This document shows positions 30,621 to 39,321 of a DNA stretch of 64,000 nucleotides, piece by piece; position 1 is the stretch's first letter, and every line of letters starts with the position of its first letter. The stretch is taken from contig OZ240248.1 of the NCBI GenBank assembly GCA_965198235.1, forward strand, positions 928,001 through 992,000, written 5' to 3'. The position numbers and the translations under genes were made by a program. The DNA comes from Candidatus Poribacteria bacterium (GTDB taxonomy: Bacteria > Poribacteria > WGA-4E > WGA-3G). Under the pieces are notes generated by a model. That model was given only the letters and a program-made list of their open reading frames with translations. It made no database searches and was not told where the DNA came from.

Positions 30621-31520
30621 TCATGGCTTAGTGCTCAATGCGAATGTATCGACGAAGGGCGCAGCACGTTGGCTTTGGAATTCCTTCGTCTCAAAGTCAA
30701 CAACCTTAAGTCCAACTTTTTCGTAGAGTGCTAAGACTTCGTCAGGAGAATCAAAATCGTAGAGGTGCATCAACAACGGCAGCTGCACCGGTAGTGCTGT
30801 TATTGCATACCCGCCCGGTTTTAGCGTGCGCATTGCTTCCGACAAACCAGTTTCTGGATCTGGGATATGCTCAAGCACCTCAACAGCGATAACCACATCG
30901 AAGGTATCGTCAGGATACGGTAGGGTGCGCACATCTCCGATTGACAATTCACTCCTGTCAATTACCTCTTTTTTCCTTAAGAGCCTCTGAGCATGCTGAA
31001 GGCAGTGCTGGCTAATGTCAACACCGGCAGCTTGCCACGAGGAATCCTGTTGTAGAATGAACGCCGTCAACACCCCAGGCCCGAAGCCGAGATCACAAAA
31101 GCGAGATTGCTCTTTGAAACAATCCAAATGCCTACCGATGAACGCTTTCCGTTCCAAAGCAGGTGGAAAAGAGATATAATTCAGGTGTTCACTGATTGGA
31201 TAGTATTTCGTTTCGTAGAGTTTCGTTTTTACTGCCTCGAAATCCCTATCTGCTGTGAGTTGAGTAGGAATCTCAAGCGCGAAAAGTTGTTCAACAGTTA
31301 TTTCCCCACAGTAGAGGATGTCACTAACAAGTTCTTCAGTGTGTGCCCAACTCGTTTCCGGTTGTTGAATCAGGGTTTCTGTCTGCTCCAAAATGGAGGA
31401 CAACAGATACTGGATCGTCTGATTAAAACGGACGCGATGGTATTCCGCGGCGTGTGGATATGCGTCTGTGTGTGTTTGAAGTCGCACCTCAAACGCGGTT
31501 TCAAATTCATCGTAATGCAT
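30621..31520 (-). CDS. Class I SAM-dependent methyltransferase with N-terminal extension
   Basis: DLGFGPG, GVDIS, GDVRTLPYPDDTFDVV, EVLEHI, LKPGG. Confidence 0.88.
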   Translation of the reverse strand: MHYDEFETAFEVRLQTHTDAYPHAAEYHRVRFNQTIQYLLSSILEQTETLIQQPETSWAHTEELVSDILYCGEITVEQLFALEIPTQLTADRDFEAVKTKLYETKYYPISEHLNYISFPPALERKAFIGRHLDCFKEQSRFCDLGFGPGVLTAFILQQDSSWQAAGVDISQHCLQHAQRLLRKKEVIDRSELSIGDVRTLPYPDDTFDVVIAVEVLEHIPDPETGLSEAMRTLKPGGYAITALPVQLPLLMHLYDFDSPDEVLALYEKVGLKVVDFETKEFQSQRAAPFVDTFALSTKP

Positions 31521-31625
31521 TCATCAGTTACCTTTTTCGTATCAGAATTGTTCTTTCAATTACTTGAAGCGGATTGAAAGCATTTTTACGACAGCTGATT
31601 AGCATGAGAAAGAAAAATGCTTTCT

Positions 31626-32633
31626 CTATGGATCGTCCTCCTTTTTTACTGCCGCCCATATTGTGGTGAGCAGCTGAGGTTGTGGTGAAACCGGCAACGC
31701 ATACACTGGGTCGAACCAATCTCCCCCAGTATTCCATGAAATATGCGTCAATTGCGTCCGAACGCCGCTGTTTAGATTAAGTTTGAAGATTTGGAAATCT
31801 CCATTGATTTCCTGTGTGTAAAGAACTTTTTCCCCATGCGGAGATAGCGCAGGATACTGTGCATAGGGGCCTGCTTCATCTATAAGTTGTTTGAGACCGG
31901 AGCCGTCTCGATTGACGATGTAGATCGTCTGTTTATCCTTCCATGCGTTTTGCAGATCCCTCTCCAAGATGGGGGGTATCAGATGCTTGTTCCCAGTAAA
32001 GGCAAGTCTGTCTCCCACAGCAGACCAAGAAGGATAGTATTGCCAAATCAGTGCTTTCTTGGGTAGCGGTTGTTCCTGCGCTCGTGTCTGGACGTTGATA
32101 AATGTAAGTTGAGACGCGAATGGCTGGTCTACAGAGTAGGCAATTTCAGTGCCATCCGGCGACCATGAGGGATACCAGCCTTTCGCAATATGTTCATCCT
32201 CTTGTTCTCCAAGGGGCGCAATGTGGATATCAGAATTAAGATTACCCAACTTCGCGTTCACATAAGCGATGTGTTTGCCATCGGGCGACCATGTTGGATT
32301 GGTTCTATAAATTTTCGTTTTTCTCTTGAAGACACGTCGAACGTTGGTTCCATCTGGGTCCATCAGGTAAAGGTCTCGAACACCCCCGCGATCGGAGATG
32401 AAAAGAATCTTTTCGCCCGTAGGTGACCAGACGGCTTGCAGATCATTTCCAGGATGTTGTGTTAGTCTCACCTGTTCGCTGCCATCTGGGTTCATGGTGT
32501 ATACTTCTCTGTTTCCGTCGCGTGTAGAGGTAAACAGGATTTTAGGGGTCGTTGGTGCTTTTGCGAAAAGTGGAAAAACGTTCGCACACAATAGCATCAC
32601 ACTGATGATGTAAAAGACGAGTGGATGTTTCAT
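31626..32633 (-). CDS. Secreted TolB-like (PD40) beta-propeller with C-terminal LTTxW tail
   Basis: Signal peptide; FTSTRDGNREVY, WSPTG, WSPDG repeats; ends ALPVSPQPQLLTTIWAAVKKEDDP. Confidence 0.88.
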   Translation of the reverse strand: MKHPLVFYIISVMLLCANVFPLFAKAPTTPKILFTSTRDGNREVYTMNPDGSEQVRLTQHPGNDLQAVWSPTGEKILFISDRGGVRDLYLMDPDGTNVRRVFKRKTKIYRTNPTWSPDGKHIAYVNAKLGNLNSDIHIAPLGEQEDEHIAKGWYPSWSPDGTEIAYSVDQPFASQLTFINVQTRAQEQPLPKKALIWQYYPSWSAVGDRLAFTGNKHLIPPILERDLQNAWKDKQTIYIVNRDGSGLKQLIDEAGPYAQYPALSPHGEKVLYTQEINGDFQIFKLNLNSGVRTQLTHISWNTGGDWFDPVYALPVSPQPQLLTTIWAAVKKEDDP

Positions 32634-32773
32634 AGGTATTCCTCCGATAATGACTTAAAAGACGTAATATACACAACATATACACAACGCGGGGGAGCGT
32701 GGGGCAGCAGAAACTGCCACACGCTGAAAAGTCAACAAGATTATGACGGTCTACGCCATAATCTACATTGACA

Positions 32774-33004
32774 TTATGAGCCACATGAACCCCAAGGGTT
32801 AAAGGGACCGTGACACTTCAACCCATCAGGGCAGTCGTACTTAGTCAGACATTGCCATGCTTCTGCCCGTGGAGTGCCAACAATAGCCTGTGCGAGTAGC
32901 ACGCTACTCACCGCCACACCGAGCGTCAGTGGGGATTTGATGCCCACTTTGCCTTCCTCGGATTGGACAAACTCGCGGATTTTACCGCGGAGATTCTTTT
33001 TCAT
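32774..33004 (-). CDS. 76-aa secreted peptide / RiPP-like precursor: Flp-like leader, hydrophobic segment and 4-Cys core
   Basis: AAGGAG RBS (33015-33020) before ATG 33004: MKKNLRGKIREFVQSEEGKVGIKSPLTLGVAVSSVLLAQAIVGTPRAEA-WQCLTKYDCPDGLKCHGPFNPWGSCGS. Confidence 0.8.
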   Translation of the reverse strand: MKKNLRGKIREFVQSEEGKVGIKSPLTLGVAVSSVLLAQAIVGTPRAEAWQCLTKYDCPDGLKCHGPFNPWGSCGS

Positions 33005-33159
33005 CTCGATTTTTCTCCTTTCTGCCGGTGCTTCTGTTCCGGCAAGATTGGATTCCCAAACGGTGTTGGGAATACCATCTCCAGGACGCATACTATCGTT
33101 GCAGAAGTGAAGCCCTTCCCCTTGGACACGCTTTCTAAAGAAACTATTTCTGTATGATA

Positions 33160-34128
33160 TTAGTTCTGTGTTTTCAGTTTCCCCCACGTGGTCGTCAAAA
33201 GGGACGGCTGGGGTGAGACCGGCAAAGCAAACGCGGGATCGAACCAATTCGCGCGGAAGTTATCACCCCGGTGTGTGAGCTTTTCTGGGACACCACCGTC
33301 CAAAGCGATTTTGAAGAGTTGTCTGAAATCACCAACCCACTTACTGTAAATGAGTTCATTCCCGTGCGGTGACCAAGTAGGGTTATACGCTGACGCGTCA
33401 TCTCCAACATCAATAATCTTCCTGAATCCACTACCGTCTCGGTTCACAACATGGATACCCATAGTGTCCCCTACTTGCCTACCAGCCCAAGAAAAGGCTA
33501 TCTGAGCACTATCGGGTGCCCAGGCAGGACCAAGCATCCGTATCTTCCCCGGAATCAGTTCCTCTTCTACATGCGTTTGTGGATTGATAATCTGGACCCT
33601 GGACTTCGACAATCTGAGATTTCCGTTGTCAGCCCAAGCAAACTCGCCTGCCATAAAGGCTATCTCAGAACCGTTGGGAGACCACGCAGGCCATAAGCCT
33701 TTTGCAAGTTCTTCCTCATCTTTTCCGTCACTTGAGGCGGTGTAGATAGAGAGTGTGTGAAATCGGTGATAAGCAAGTGCCTTTCCATCAGGTGCCCACG
33801 TTGGAAACTCTCTCCCTATTAATTTTTTGAATACCTGACGCACATTCGTTCCATCTGGATCCATAAGGTAAATATCCTCTATCCCGTCTCGATCCGAGGT
33901 GAAAAGGATCTGTTCACCTGTCGGCGACCAGACAGGCGAGGAGTCCTTGGCACGGTGCTGAGTTAAGTTTATCTGATCAGAGCCATCCGGGTTCATGATA
34001 TAAATCTCAAAGTTGCCATCCCGCCGTGATGTAAATACGACTTTGACAGTTTCCGGGGCTTTTGCGAGAACAGCGGAGAGGGGAGCAAAGATAAGGAATA
34101 TGCTAAGCACAGAACATAAGCGTTTCAT
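33160..34128 (-). CDS. Secreted TolB-like (PD40) beta-propeller with C-terminal LTTTWGKLK tail
   Basis: Start MKRLCSVL with GGAGG; FTSRRDGNFEIY, WSPTG, WAPDG, WSPNG; ends ALPVSPQPSLLTTTWGKLKTQN. Confidence 0.88.
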   Translation of the reverse strand: MKRLCSVLSIFLIFAPLSAVLAKAPETVKVVFTSRRDGNFEIYIMNPDGSDQINLTQHRAKDSSPVWSPTGEQILFTSDRDGIEDIYLMDPDGTNVRQVFKKLIGREFPTWAPDGKALAYHRFHTLSIYTASSDGKDEEELAKGLWPAWSPNGSEIAFMAGEFAWADNGNLRLSKSRVQIINPQTHVEEELIPGKIRMLGPAWAPDSAQIAFSWAGRQVGDTMGIHVVNRDGSGFRKIIDVGDDASAYNPTWSPHGNELIYSKWVGDFRQLFKIALDGGVPEKLTHRGDNFRANWFDPAFALPVSPQPSLLTTTWGKLKTQN

Positions 34129-34238
34129 GATGCTTTCCTCCATAGCGTCTACTATAGAAAGTAGGGTTGGCACGGGATATACTTTTTTTTTATCGGCGAT
34201 TGGCTGTGATTGACATCCTTGGTATGCATAGACATATC

Positions 34239-34358
34239 TTATTCCACTGCAACCGAAAGCTCAACAACGCGTGCTTTCTCGAGGTCTGCCGCATAAAGGG
34301 CGTTCTCTGCTTCAAAGATATGTAGAGGATGTAAGGTCTTGGGAAAGAAATTTTGCAC
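34239..34358 (-). pseudogene. 39-codon truncated gene remnant directly behind the ECF-type promoter
   Basis: AGAGG + GTG: MQNFFPKTLHPLHIFEAENALYAADLEKARVVELSVAVE*. Confidence 0.5.
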
Positions 34359-34391
34359 TTGTCTACCTCTTTGTTTTCGCCTCGGCAAGTT

Positions 34392-34447
34392 GATAAAACT
34401 TTCCACGCTTTATAACTTAGATAAAACTTTCCACACTTTATAACTTA
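34392..34447. repeat. 28-bp tandem duplication
   Basis: GATAAAACTTTCCAC(G/A)CTTTATAACTTA x2, directly downstream of the minus-strand ECF-type -10. Confidence 0.85.
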
Positions 34448-34448
34448 A

Positions 34449-34476
34449 AGACACATCTATTGGCGAAAAAGGTGCA
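34449..34476 (-). promoter_or_regulatory. Putative ECF sigma promoter TGCACC-N16-GTGTCT driving the remnant/TolB/peptide unit
   Basis: Minus strand TGCACC TTTTTCGCCAATAGAT GTGTCT. Confidence 0.65.
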
Positions 34477-34826
34477 TACTGTTAAAAAAGCCTCAGAAAA
34501 CAAATGCGTTTTATGCTACAATTGGGTTAGCCTTCTCATCGCGATCGAGTCGCACGGACGCGTCAATTGAAAACATCCACACAAAAAACCGAACTATTGA
34601 CCAATGTAGTGTTTCATCCATTTTGAATTTTAGGGTTAGTTTGTAGTATTACGATTTATCGTACTGCCTCGCAGTGAGAGAAACGGGCAATGAATTGCCC
34701 CACTACGAACGGGATTACCCTCACTTTGAGACTGGATAGGGTAGTAGGAGGATTTCTTGCCCTAAACCAGCCAACAATCCGTAAAAAAACAAAAAATCTG
34801 CATTTTTTAAATATTTTTCATATAAA

Positions 34827-34854
34827 TGCACCCTTTCCACAATAAACTGTGTCT
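34827..34854 (+). promoter_or_regulatory. Putative autoregulatory ECF promoter TGCACC-N16-GTGTCT
   Basis: TGCACC CTTTCCACAATAAACT GTGTCT, about 95 bp upstream of the ECF sigma gene. Confidence 0.65.
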
Positions 34855-34948
34855 TTTAATTAAAAAGGACAGTGCAATTCTATTAAACTTTTAATGAGGA
34901 GGATGTTTCATTAACCAAGATTATTAACCAAGATTATGGAGAATTCTG

Positions 34949-37903
34949 ATGGTAGATAACGATGTGCAACTGATTCGCAGAATTTTGTCGGGCGACGACG
35001 AAGCGTTCAGTATATTAATGCGGAAACACCAAAAGGGTGTTCACGCCCTTATATGGCGGAAAATTGGGAATTTCCAGAGTGCCGAGGAAATTACCCAAGA
35101 CACCTTCATTCAAGTCTACAAAAAACTTGGGACACTGGAGGATCCAAACCGATTTGATGGATGGCTTTATGTCATCGCCAATCGGCTCTGCATTAATTGG
35201 ATAAAGCGGAATAAAGCGAAAATGGACAGGTTGAATATGCAATCGTTAGAGGAGACACTTCCAGAAGAAGTAGCAGAAGCTTCCCACCTACACCATGCTG
35301 AAACTGAAGCCGAAAAGCGTCGCCAGAATCTCGTCAAAACGCTTCTGGAGAAACTTCCAGAGAGTGAGCGCACCGTCGTGACGCTCTACTACCTCGGCGA
35401 AATGACGGCGAAGGAGATTGGCAAATTCTTAGGTGTGTCGGTGAATACTATTAAGAGCCGACTCCGACGCGCACGCAAACGTCTACAAGAGGAAGAAGCA
35501 CTGGTACGCGAAACGCTGAGCGGTGTGCAATTGTCTGACAATCTCACTGAGAACGTCATGCGACACATTGCCGACCTGAGCCCGACATCAACACCACCCG
35601 CTAAGAAACCCTTACTCCCTTTGGCAGCTCTCAGTGCCGCAGTCGTCTTGGTGATACTCTTCGGCATCGGCGGTCAATACCTCCTCCGGTTTCAGCAGCC
35701 CTATAGTTTTGACGCACAATCCGAACCTACGATTGAACTCGTTGATGAGCCTATCTACCTTGAGATTGTCGCAAAACCCGCGGTGCGGAATCAGATCGGC
35801 AGAACAATTATCCCCAGTAAAAACAGCGGTGCCGGCATGCAAACCTCGCAGACCACCCTCACAACAAACATACCGGACGACGATGCCACCCAGTTTTCCA
35901 ATTCACAGTGGACACAGTCAATCGGACCGAAAGGTAGTATCGTCTTCAACATCTTTGAAGCCGCTGACGGAACAATCTATGCTGCCGCAAAAACAGGGCT
36001 CTATAAACTGACACCCGACGCAACATGGGTGCTTATAAATGCCGATATCCCCACCGGACAGTACCGAGTGCCTATCACAGAACACCAAGGCACCCTCTAT
36101 ACCGTTTCTACTGATGAGGTGTTCGCTTCAGGAGATCGCGGTGAAACGTGGAACGCTCTTGGAACACGTCCAAAGGGCATCGCAAATGGACTCATTGTCA
36201 CAGCAGCAACCCAAAAACATGATCCCAACGCAACTCTAACGCTGTACCTTGCCCTTCAAGAAAAAGGAATCTTTCGATCTACTGATGCCGGTCAGTACTG
36301 GGTCCCCATAAACAACGGATTGACAGGGAAACGGATTTTTACAATCGCTGCAATAGGAAACACTCTATTCGCTGGCACAAACCAAGGCCTCTATCGCCTC
36401 AGTTCAAGCAACTGGCAGCAATTGATTACTGACGCAGTTGGCACCGTTTACGCCTTGACCGTCGACGAAAACAACCTCTATGTTGGAATGGCACCCGATG
36501 TCGTCTACTCGGAATCCAGTAAATCATATCCAAAAATACCGAACCTTGATGTATTACAAAAAAGGATTTTCCATTCGGCAGATCTTGGAGACTCATGGAC
36601 TGAAATAACACCTATAGATGACTCTCGAGTCATGAACTTTGAATCTGCTATACAGGTTCTGGCTGTAGGTAAAACCCTCTTCGTCCTCGGCGTAACCGAA
36701 TTTCGATCCATTGATGGTGGGAAAACTTGGACACCCCTCAGATCTAACATCAGCTCACTTGACGTTCCGAGATTCCCAGCTGTCGCTATCGATGAGAATA
36801 CATTTTACAAAGCCGATGCATGCGGGATCAGCCGCACAACCGATGCAGGTGATTCTTGGCACCCTTATGTAGACGGAATGACAGGTCCCGCAACGTACGA
36901 CTTGATTGCCCTAAATCATAGACTCTATATGCATATCGGCGGAGACCTTGTCCAGTCAACTGATGGGGGTGAGACTTGGGAAAGTGTTCACTTCAATACC
37001 CACGAGTACACACAAATGGGTTATCGGTCTTCGGTTAACGGTTATAACAAAAACCTCTTAACCGATAACCGATACCTAACGACTGACGACCGTTTCGATA
37101 TCGACTTCTATGACAACATAAAACTAACGATTGCTGATAACGTCCTCCATGCCATTTCAATTAAGGAGAACAAACCGTTTATCTTCCGCACGTCCACTTC
37201 GGACGATGAACTCATCCCGATTCATGGAGTCCCCGCTTTCGAAGCCGAGGCAGCACCAGACAATCGCAATACCTCGGCATATATGTTGCATCTACTAAGA
37301 AAAAAACGCACGAACATCGGAGCCTTCGCCGTCGGTGGTGGAACATTTTACGCTGAATACAAGGAGCGGCTTTTCAAATGGAAACCCGGCAATCCTGAAT
37401 GGACAGACACAGGATTAGTCAACATCGACTTCCAATCTGCAGTGGCTGTTTCTGGGAAAACCCTCTACGTCGGTAACGGGAATGGAAAATTGTTTCAATC
37501 CTTTGACAACGGAGACAGTTGGAAAGACATCACGTCAACGCTACCGATCCGCCTTGCACATTTCAAGGAGATCACCTTCGCGGGTTCAACCGTTTGTATC
37601 GCAACCGACAAAGGTGTCTTAATCTCAAAAACTGGAGAACACTGGCAAGTCATCACCGATAAAAACCGTATGCCCACCGTCATAGACAGATTCGCTGTAG
37701 ACGGCTCGACAATCTACGGTGCCGGCGATAGCGGTGCCTATCGATTAGATGCTCACAGCGAATGGGAATTGCTTTCCGCAGATGTCCCCAATAGGATTCA
37801 ATCACTCGTTATCAGTAACAATCGACTTCACGTCGGAACCCATTCCCACGGCATGTTCCACATCTCGCTTAAGGAGCAAACAGATATAGCGAACTCGTTC
37901 TAA
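34949..37903 (+). CDS. ECF sigma-70 factor fused to TM helix and extracytoplasmic BNR/Asp-box beta-propeller
   Basis: GDDEAF, AEEITQDTF, FDGWLYVIANR (sigma2); LPESERTVVTLYY..EIGKFLGVSVNTIKSRLRRAR (sigma4); hydrophobic LAALSAAVVLVILFGIG; repeated S.D.G..W Asp-boxes. Confidence 0.9.
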   Translation: MVDNDVQLIRRILSGDDEAFSILMRKHQKGVHALIWRKIGNFQSAEEITQDTFIQVYKKLGTLEDPNRFDGWLYVIANRLCINWIKRNKAKMDRLNMQSLEETLPEEVAEASHLHHAETEAEKRRQNLVKTLLEKLPESERTVVTLYYLGEMTAKEIGKFLGVSVNTIKSRLRRARKRLQEEEALVRETLSGVQLSDNLTENVMRHIADLSPTSTPPAKKPLLPLAALSAAVVLVILFGIGGQYLLRFQQPYSFDAQSEPTIELVDEPIYLEIVAKPAVRNQIGRTIIPSKNSGAGMQTSQTTLTTNIPDDDATQFSNSQWTQSIGPKGSIVFNIFEAADGTIYAAAKTGLYKLTPDATWVLINADIPTGQYRVPITEHQGTLYTVSTDEVFASGDRGETWNALGTRPKGIANGLIVTAATQKHDPNATLTLYLALQEKGIFRSTDAGQYWVPINNGLTGKRIFTIAAIGNTLFAGTNQGLYRLSSSNWQQLITDAVGTVYALTVDENNLYVGMAPDVVYSESSKSYPKIPNLDVLQKRIFHSADLGDSWTEITPIDDSRVMNFESAIQVLAVGKTLFVLGVTEFRSIDGGKTWTPLRSNISSLDVPRFPAVAIDENTFYKADACGISRTTDAGDSWHPYVDGMTGPATYDLIALNHRLYMHIGGDLVQSTDGGETWESVHFNTHEYTQMGYRSSVNGYNKNLLTDNRYLTTDDRFDIDFYDNIKLTIADNVLHAISIKENKPFIFRTSTSDDELIPIHGVPAFEAEAAPDNRNTSAYMLHLLRKKRTNIGAFAVGGGTFYAEYKERLFKWKPGNPEWTDTGLVNIDFQSAVAVSGKTLYVGNGNGKLFQSFDNGDSWKDITSTLPIRLAHFKEITFAGSTVCIATDKGVLISKTGEHWQVITDKNRMPTVIDRFAVDGSTIYGAGDSGAYRLDAHSEWELLSADVPNRIQSLVISNNRLHVGTHSHGMFHISLKEQTDIANSF

Positions 37904-37951
37904 GCTTTCCCGATTCCCGACTTTCTTATTATGAACGGAGGAATAGGAAAT

Positions 37952-38356
37952 ATGGATCCAAACTATAGATACAAGGGCGCACGTCTTAAGCCTAAAATCG
38001 CTAAAGCAATTATCTTAGAGCAATTCGCAGGAAAAACCATGAGCAGGCGAGAGATTGATGACGGCGTTATCCAACACCATCAATCAAACGGTGGGCTTCC
38101 ATCAACAGCGAAAACAAACCCTATTAAAGCGGCACTTAGATATTTAAAAGGCAAAGGGTTTGCCGAAAATGTTTCCAGAGGTTCAGGTAGCACTTGGCGA
38201 ATTTTTGAAAATCCCAAACCCGTTTCTGAACCGTTGGACACCCATGGGCTCATCGTAGTTATTAGAGCAGAAATCCAATATCTTACAACACTGATAGAAT
38301 CTTTTGAGCGTCGAATCTCTGAACTCGAAGCAACGCTCACCAAAGACAGTCAATAG
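37952..38356 (+). CDS. Hypothetical winged-helix-like protein with C-terminal coiled coil
   Basis: GGAGG RBS; KAALRYLKGKGFAEN...STWRI wHTH-like; IESFERRISELEATL heptads. Confidence 0.55.
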   Translation: MDPNYRYKGARLKPKIAKAIILEQFAGKTMSRREIDDGVIQHHQSNGGLPSTAKTNPIKAALRYLKGKGFAENVSRGSGSTWRIFENPKPVSEPLDTHGLIVVIRAEIQYLTTLIESFERRISELEATLTKDSQ

Positions 38357-38597
38357 CCCTCTCCTTTTCTGACAGATTTCTAACATAGAAAACGCACGAG
38401 ACGACTTTCCCGTAAACTCACAACATCCACAACCATGAACCTCTCACACTAAATAATGTTTAACAACTACAAACCAACAAACGCATCAACTTATGGGGAG
38501 GCTCCACAATCGCCCGGCATCCTCCCCTCCTCCATTTCCTAACTTTCTCATGCCCTCCCGATAAGGGACTGAGGGTTACTGACCGCTGATCGCTGAC

Positions 38598-38783
38598 TGC
38601 GAGAACCGACGCATTCCGAGTCATCATGTCTTTAGAGGAATCGCCAAGCGCACAAGAACCTCGGTCGGATGGTTTTATGGGTTCAAACTTCACCGCGTCG
38701 TCAACGAACACGGAGAACTCTTGGCATTTACGTTTACACCTGCTAACACATCGGTAATCAGCACCAATGCAGGAGCAAAATAA
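38598..38783 (+). mobile_element. IS982-family transposase fragment
   Basis: Start-less frame CENRRIPSHHVFRGIAKRTRTSVGWFYGFKLHRVVNEHGELLAFTFTPAN. GWFYGFKLH...GELL...TP.N is the IS982 signature. Confidence 0.8.
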
Positions 38784-39321
38784 ATCTATCAATTTCTTTC
38801 TTATGAGAGATTGCTTCTCCATAAAACCCCTACGGATGCAGGGTAGGTACAAGACCTACCCCCTACAGACTATCTATACGATTTTCTACAACAAATTTCT
38901 ACAGACATACCACCCCTATAGGGCGAGGAATTGCTTTTTGTTTTAAAAATTTTGTGCTTAAACGCCGAGAACCTGTTAGGTAGCAATTTAGGTTAGTCTG
39001 TAGGTTGGGTTGAACGGGAATTATTAAAAAATCGTACACAGAAAATCACTTTCACAGTACAGGAGAACCCCTGATATCCCCAAAGCCCGAGTGAAACCCA
39101 ACGCTTTTTTCCTATGAAAGTGGTGGGTTTGTTGGGTTTCGCTCTATCTGTTTACAAAAAGTAGCATCTCCGATCTACACTCTCGGTAGAAGCAAGAGGG
39201 GCGGATCTTTTACCGCTCAACCCAACCTACATCTACTGACTCTTGATTAGGGAAATTTCTTAGATATTATTGAGGAATTTTCGTGTAGGGTTTGGAATTT
39301 ACATACGTAGCATTGCAAGTG

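Noticed and set aside
32774-33247. 157-aa ORF as called, or assignment of the peptide as a Flp pilin
   Set aside because: The extension overlaps the TolB gene end, and a strong RBS marks ATG 33004. The pilin E5/Y6 residues and tad genes are absent.
38460-38852. 130-aa minus-strand ORF
   Set aside because: The recognisable signal is the IS982 fragment on the opposite strand.
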